From: an uncultured candidatus Porisulfidus sp.
Lineage (GTDB): Bacteria; Pseudomonadota; Gammaproteobacteria; Poriferisulfidales; Poriferisulfidaceae
NCBI GenBank assembly: GCA_965116025.1
Contig: OZ220480.1
Location: 1,536,001 to 1,600,000 of the forward strand
DNA length: 64,000 bases
Reading direction: 5' to 3'
The translations under genes and the position numbers were made by a program. The number at the start of each line of letters is the position of its first letter. Position 1 is the stretch's first letter. Of this stretch, positions 59,791-64,000 are shown in pieces. The notes under the pieces were generated by a model that saw only the letters and a list, made by a program, of their open reading frames with translations, had not been told where the DNA came from and did no database searches.

Positions 59791-60560
59791 GTGGCGCGCG
59801 CCTTCGCGAAGTGTCGGATCAGAGCGTCGATCATGGCATCGTCCCCGGGATTGTCGGCGATTTCCGCAAGGGCAGTGTAGCCGAGTTTTCGGCAGGCGGT
59901 GGCGATTCGCGCGTTGCCGGCGATGAGCGCGCTCTCCTGAAGCATGGAAGCCTCGTCTTTCGCGACGCATCGCAGAAGATTCTCGGCGACCTCCACGCTA
60001 GTGACGCAGATCGCTTCCGGTCGCCCGCCCGGCATCGCCGTGAAGGACAGCGCGCGGGTTGGAGGATCTCGCCGATAGACCTCAAGATACCGCGTGTCGG
60101 CGCCTCTCCGCCTCATTTCTTCGGCCAGCGTCTCGCGTCCGCCTCGCCCGCGAGCGATGATGACGCGCTGGCGCTCGAGTTCCCGCAGATCGGGCATGGA
60201 CAGCAGAGCTTCGCTGTCGTGCGGGGGAGGGGCGACGAGCTCTGGCTTCAAGCCGAGCTCCCGCAGGGTCCGAGCCGTGGCCGGGCCAATGGCGGCGATC
60301 TTGGTGGAATGAGGGACGATCCGCGTCAGCGAATCCGGGCCCGACGCGAGGCCCCGCGCCGCGTTGGCGCTCGCGAAGACGAGGATCGTCGCCCGCGCGA
60401 GCGTGGCCAGCGCCGCCCGGTTCGGAGGAAGCAAGGTGACGCGGATGGCGGGGAAGTGGGCGATCTTCGCCCCGCTCGCGCGCAACCGGTCCGTGATCGG
60501 CCCGACCTGTCCCTCTGGGCGGGTCAGCAGAATTCGGTGGCCCGCGAGCGCGGCGTTCAT
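59787..60560 (-). CDS. hemD: Uroporphyrinogen-III synthase
   Basis: LLTRP, FASANA, AIGPATA, DSEALL, RGRGGRE, EVYRR. Confidence 0.93.
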   Translation of the reverse strand: MNAALAGHRILLTRPEGQVGPITDRLRASGAKIAHFPAIRVTLLPPNRAALATLARATILVFASANAARGLASGPDSLTRIVPHSTKIAAIGPATARTLRELGLKPELVAPPPHDSEALLSMPDLRELERQRVIIARGRGGRETLAEEMRRRGADTRYLEVYRRDPPTRALSFTAMPGGRPEAICVTSVEVAENLLRCVAKDEASMLQESALIAGNARIATACRKLGYTALAEIADNPGDDAMIDALIRHFAKARAT

Positions 60561-61486
60561 GCGTAGCCCTCGACTCCCAGCTCGGCCAGGATGTCTGCGC
60601 CGCCCTGGTCCAGCAATCGCTTCGCGGCCCGCGCGCCGGCGGCTTCCGGCTCCCCCTCGGTCGCCGCGCGCAGGATCAGACTACCGTCCGGGCGGGCGAG
60701 GCAGGCGCGCAAGCGAATCCCTTGGGAGGAGGCGCGAGTGGCGTGGGCCGCCAAGGGGATTTGGCAACTGCCGGATAGCGCGCGGCTGACCGCGCGCTCC
60801 GCGGCCACCGCGGTGGCGGTCGCGTCGTCATGCAGCGCGGCGACCCAGGTGCGGGCGCGCGAGTGATCTTCCGCGACCTCGATGCCAAGCGCGCCTTGGC
60901 CGACCGCGGGCAGGCACTCTTCAGTGGTAAGGGTCTGGGTGATTCGCTCGTCCAGGCCCAGGCGGGCCAGACCCGCTCGAGCCAGCACGATCGCCTCGAA
61001 TTCTCCATCCCGCAGACGCTTCAGGCGAGTGCCGACGTTGCCGCGCAGGTCTCGGAATTCCAAACTTGGAAATCGCGCCCGCAACTGCGCCTTGCGTCGC
61101 AGGCTGGACGTTCCGACGCGGCCGCCCGCGGGCAGGGTCGCGAGCGTCTCGCTATGGAGGGCGATCACGCCGTCTCGGGGATCGGCGCGGGCGCAGATGG
61201 CCGCCAGCGCGAGGCCGTCCGGAAGGTCCGCCGGCACGTCCTTCATTGAGTGAACCGCGAGGTCAGCGTCGCCGGATAGCAGTCGGCGTTCCAGTTCCTT
61301 GACGAACAAGCCTTTGCCACCGATCTCGGACAGTGGCTGGTCCAGGACTTGGTCGCCCTCGGTTCGCACGCGCAACAACTCAACGTTCAGACCATGCTCC
61401 CGGGCGAGCGCGTCGGCCACCATCTCGGCCTGCCGGACGGCTAGCGGGCTGCGGCGAGTGGCGATTCGGCACAGGGAACCGCTCAT
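60557..61486 (-). CDS. hemC: Hydroxymethylbilane synthase (porphobilinogen deaminase)
   Basis: IATRRSPLA, GGKGLFVKELE, VHSMKDVP, GTSSLRR, LRGNV, GSCQIP. Confidence 0.97.
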   Translation of the reverse strand: MSGSLCRIATRRSPLAVRQAEMVADALAREHGLNVELLRVRTEGDQVLDQPLSEIGGKGLFVKELERRLLSGDADLAVHSMKDVPADLPDGLALAAICARADPRDGVIALHSETLATLPAGGRVGTSSLRRKAQLRARFPSLEFRDLRGNVGTRLKRLRDGEFEAIVLARAGLARLGLDERITQTLTTEECLPAVGQGALGIEVAEDHSRARTWVAALHDDATATAVAAERAVSRALSGSCQIPLAAHATRASSQGIRLRACLARPDGSLILRAATEGEPEAAGARAAKRLLDQGGADILAELGVEGYA

Positions 61487-61896
61487 GACGTTCGCGGCGT
61501 TAATCGGATGGGGCGCTCGTCCGGCGAGTACGGGCGGTCGCTCACGAACGCGATGTCCCAGCCGCCATCTTGTCGCCGACGGTATTGGATCTGCTTCAGG
61601 TCGGGCAGGGAGGAGCACGTCAGGGCCAGCGCCACGGCGGCGAGCGAATCGTCGTCGCGCTGGAGCGCCTGCGGGATCAGGCTGGCGGCCAGTTGCGCTC
61701 GCTTGAGGGAGTCCGGTCGCTCATAGCGCGCGCCGTCCACCTCGAAGCCTTCCAGAAGCTTCGCCTCCATCCGGGCGACCGCCTCGCGCTGGGCCCGACT
61801 CATGGAGACGGCACGGTCCCAGTACATCTCGAGACCGCCGTCGATCAGCACGGCGACTTTATCTTCGAAAGATGCCGGGAGGTCCGTCTGGTTCAC
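61483..61896 (-). CDS. Hypothetical protein translationally coupled to hemC
   Basis: C-terminal part of ORF 61483-62289 outside argH; GTG at 61896 with GGAGG upstream; stop overlaps the hemC ATG. Confidence 0.65.
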   Translation of the reverse strand: MNQTDLPASFEDKVAVLIDGGLEMYWDRAVSMSRAQREAVARMEAKLLEGFEVDGARYERPDSLKRAQLAASLIPQALQRDDDSLAAVALALTCSSLPDLKQIQYRRRQDGGWDIAFVSDRPYSPDERPIRLTPRTS

Positions 61897-61965
61897 GCGG
61901 GAGGCCGGGGTTCGCGAGAGGATGCGCGCGCTAGCATAAAATAGCGCCAAACTCGTGGGAGCGAC

Positions 61966-63381
61966 ATGCCCGATTCTACAGCGAAGCCCTGGGCCGGTCG
62001 GTTCGCCCAAGCGACCGACAGTCAGGTGGAGGCGTTCACCGCGTCCGTCCACTTCGACCAGCGCTTGTATCCCTATGACATCCAGGGCTCGGTGGCGCAC
62101 GCCCGCGCGTTGCGTCGGGCGGGCGTGATTAGCGAGGAGGAATGCGAGACTCTCGTCGAGGGGCTGGCACGGACGCGAGCGCGCATCGATGCCGGTGAGG
62201 TCGAGTGGGATCCGGGGCTTGAGGACGTGCACATGAACATTGAGGCGATGCTGGTCGCTGAGGTTGGGGAGGTCGGCAAGAAGCTCCATACCGGCCGCTC
62301 CCGCAACGACCAGGTGGCCACCGATCTACGGCTGTACGTCCGGGCCGAGCAGGCGCGACTGGACGCCGAGGCGCATGCCCTGCAGTCGATTTTGGTCGAG
62401 CGGGCCGAGGTGGAAGCGGAGACCTTGATGGCGGGGTTCACTCACCTGCAGACGGCGCAACCGATCACGTTGGGCCACCATCTTCTAGCTTGGCACGAGA
62501 TGCTCAGGCGTGATCGGCAACGCTTGGCGGAGGCGTTTCGGCGCGCCAACGTCTTGCCGCTCGGGGCCGCGGCGCTGGCCGGATCCGGCTATCCGCTGGA
62601 CCGGCGCTACGTGGCGGACCTCTTGGGATTTGACGATCTTTGCGACAACTCCCTGGACGCGGTCAGCGACCGGGACTTCGCGATCGAGACCTGCGCGGTC
62701 TTGGGGATCCTGATGGTGCATCTGTCCAGGATCGCGGAGGAGATCATCCTGTGGGCCAGCCCGGCGTTCGGCTGGGTCGATCTTCCAGACGAGCACTGCA
62801 CCGGATCCTCGCTCATGCCGCAGAAGAAGAATCCGGACGTTTTGGAACTGGTCCGTGGCAAAAGCGCGCGAGTCGTGGGAAACCTGCAGGCGCTTCTGAC
62901 GCTTATGAAGGCGCAACCCCTGGCTTACAACCGAGACAACCAAGAGGACAAGGAACCTCTGTTCGATAGTCTGGACACCGCGCGCGCTTGCCTGTCGATC
63001 TTGGGGCCACTGGCGCGGGCGATGACGTTCGATCGGAAACGGCTGCGGGAGGCGGCCGCGGGCGGCTACTCGACCGCCACGGACTTGGCGGACGCGCTGG
63101 TGGCCCGTGGCGTGGCGTTCCGGGACGCGCATCGCGTCACCGGGAAGATCGTCGCCCACGCGGTGGAGCGTGGCGTGACTCTGGACGCGCTGAAGCTTGA
63201 GGAGGCCCGGCGGTTCAGCCCGGCCATCGATGCCGAGCTGCTCAAGTCGCTAACCCCGGAGCAGTCGGTCGCGGCGCGTGGGCTGCACGGCGGCACCGCT
63301 CCCGACGCGGTGCGCGCGCGAGTGGCGCGGGCGCGCGAGGAGCTCGCGGCCGGGCCATTGGCGATGCCGAAGCTGCCCTGA
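61966..63381 (+). CDS. argH: Argininosuccinate lyase
   Basis: WAGRF, EDVHMNIE, HTGRSRNDQ, GFTHLQ, GSSLMPQKKNPD, YNRDNQEDKE. Confidence 0.97.
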   Translation: MPDSTAKPWAGRFAQATDSQVEAFTASVHFDQRLYPYDIQGSVAHARALRRAGVISEEECETLVEGLARTRARIDAGEVEWDPGLEDVHMNIEAMLVAEVGEVGKKLHTGRSRNDQVATDLRLYVRAEQARLDAEAHALQSILVERAEVEAETLMAGFTHLQTAQPITLGHHLLAWHEMLRRDRQRLAEAFRRANVLPLGAAALAGSGYPLDRRYVADLLGFDDLCDNSLDAVSDRDFAIETCAVLGILMVHLSRIAEEIILWASPAFGWVDLPDEHCTGSSLMPQKKNPDVLELVRGKSARVVGNLQALLTLMKAQPLAYNRDNQEDKEPLFDSLDTARACLSILGPLARAMTFDRKRLREAAAGGYSTATDLADALVARGVAFRDAHRVTGKIVAHAVERGVTLDALKLEEARRFSPAIDAELLKSLTPEQSVAARGLHGGTAPDAVRARVARAREELAAGPLAMPKLP

Positions 63382-63387
63382 ACCGGT

Positions 63388-64000
63388 TCAGTCCAGGTGG
63401 CGACGCAGGAATTCGCCGAGCGCGGCGAGCTCCTCCTCGGTGACGGCGTGACCGAAGTCCGCGCCATGCCAGTCGACGGACATCCCGCGCGCGCGCAGCC
63501 AGTCTCGGGATGCCGCGCCATATTCGGGGAGAACGACCTCGTCGGCGGTTCCGTGGGCCAGGAACGCGGGAGTTCGCGATGTCAGGCGGTCGGCCCGCCG
63601 CGCTAAATATTCGTCCTGCGGCAGATAGCCGGAAAGGCAGACGACCGCGGCGAGAGGCTCGGGATGGGTCAGCGTGGTGAACAGCGCCTGGGCACCGCCT
63701 TGGGAGAACCCGCCGATGGCAAGTCGCTCAATCCCGGCTTTCCGCTGTTTCTCGAGCTCGTCGCGGACGCGCCGGGCGCTCGCTTCCAGTCCAGCCAGAT
63801 CGCTGGTGACGCGCCCGCCTGGCTCCGGCAGGATATCGAACCAGGAAGGGGCGACCTGTCCGCCGAAGATCGTGACGGCCTGTGGCGTGGCTTGCGGCGC
63901 GATCACGCGCAGGCCCGGGCAGCGTAACTGGCGGCTCAGGTCCGCGAAATCGCTCGCGTTGGCGCCCAGTCCGTGCAGCCAGACCAGCGCGGAGCGCGCG
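63388..64000 (-). CDS. Phospholipase/carboxylesterase-family alpha/beta hydrolase (5' end beyond the window)
   Basis: WLHGLGA upstream in frame, WFDI, GGFSQGG, HGTADEVV, GH. Confidence 0.9.
   Translation of the reverse strand, partial: ARSALVWLHGLGANASDFADLSRQLRCPGLRVIAPQATPQAVTIFGGQVAPSWFDILPEPGGRVTSDLAGLEASARRVRDELEKQRKAGIERLAIGGFSQGGAQALFTTLTHPEPLAAVVCLSGYLPQDEYLARRADRLTSRTPAFLAHGTADEVVLPEYGAASRDWLRARGMSVDWHGADFGHAVTEEELAALGEFLRRHLD

Overview
A chromosomal window from a high-GC bacterium, most consistent with a Gammaproteobacterium by 23S sequence and gene order (inference). It opens with the 3' end of an rRNA operon (23S, 5S), then birA-coaX, a three-gene pnt transhydrogenase operon, an endonuclease III-like gene, and yciK-rmuC-gph and ubiG. 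Next come a six-gene TtpB/TtpC-type TonB cluster headed by a GPP34-family gene, copAB, lpoA/rsmI, rnpB, a complete dcw cluster (mraZ to lpxC), dciA, secA-argJ-mutT, hemCDXY, argH and a partial carboxylesterase. Small accessory cassettes with no adjacent integrase are scattered through this backbone. (1) An AbiEi/AbiEii toxin-antitoxin pair lies inside a direct duplication of the coaX 3' end. (2) A cryptic frameshifted small gene is coupled to a coiled-coil membrane gene. (3) A solitary AAA-wHTH ATPase splits ubiG from gph. (4) copAB is bracketed by a ~35-bp direct repeat. (5) An autotransporter carries a G17 tract in its signal region, probably phase variable. (6) IS3 and IS1634 relics sit beside a Schlafen/AlbA_2-HATPase-wHTH gene with a 1-nt frameshift near its start. 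No CRISPR array or tRNA was seen. All family calls come from motif recognition by eye, not database searches.
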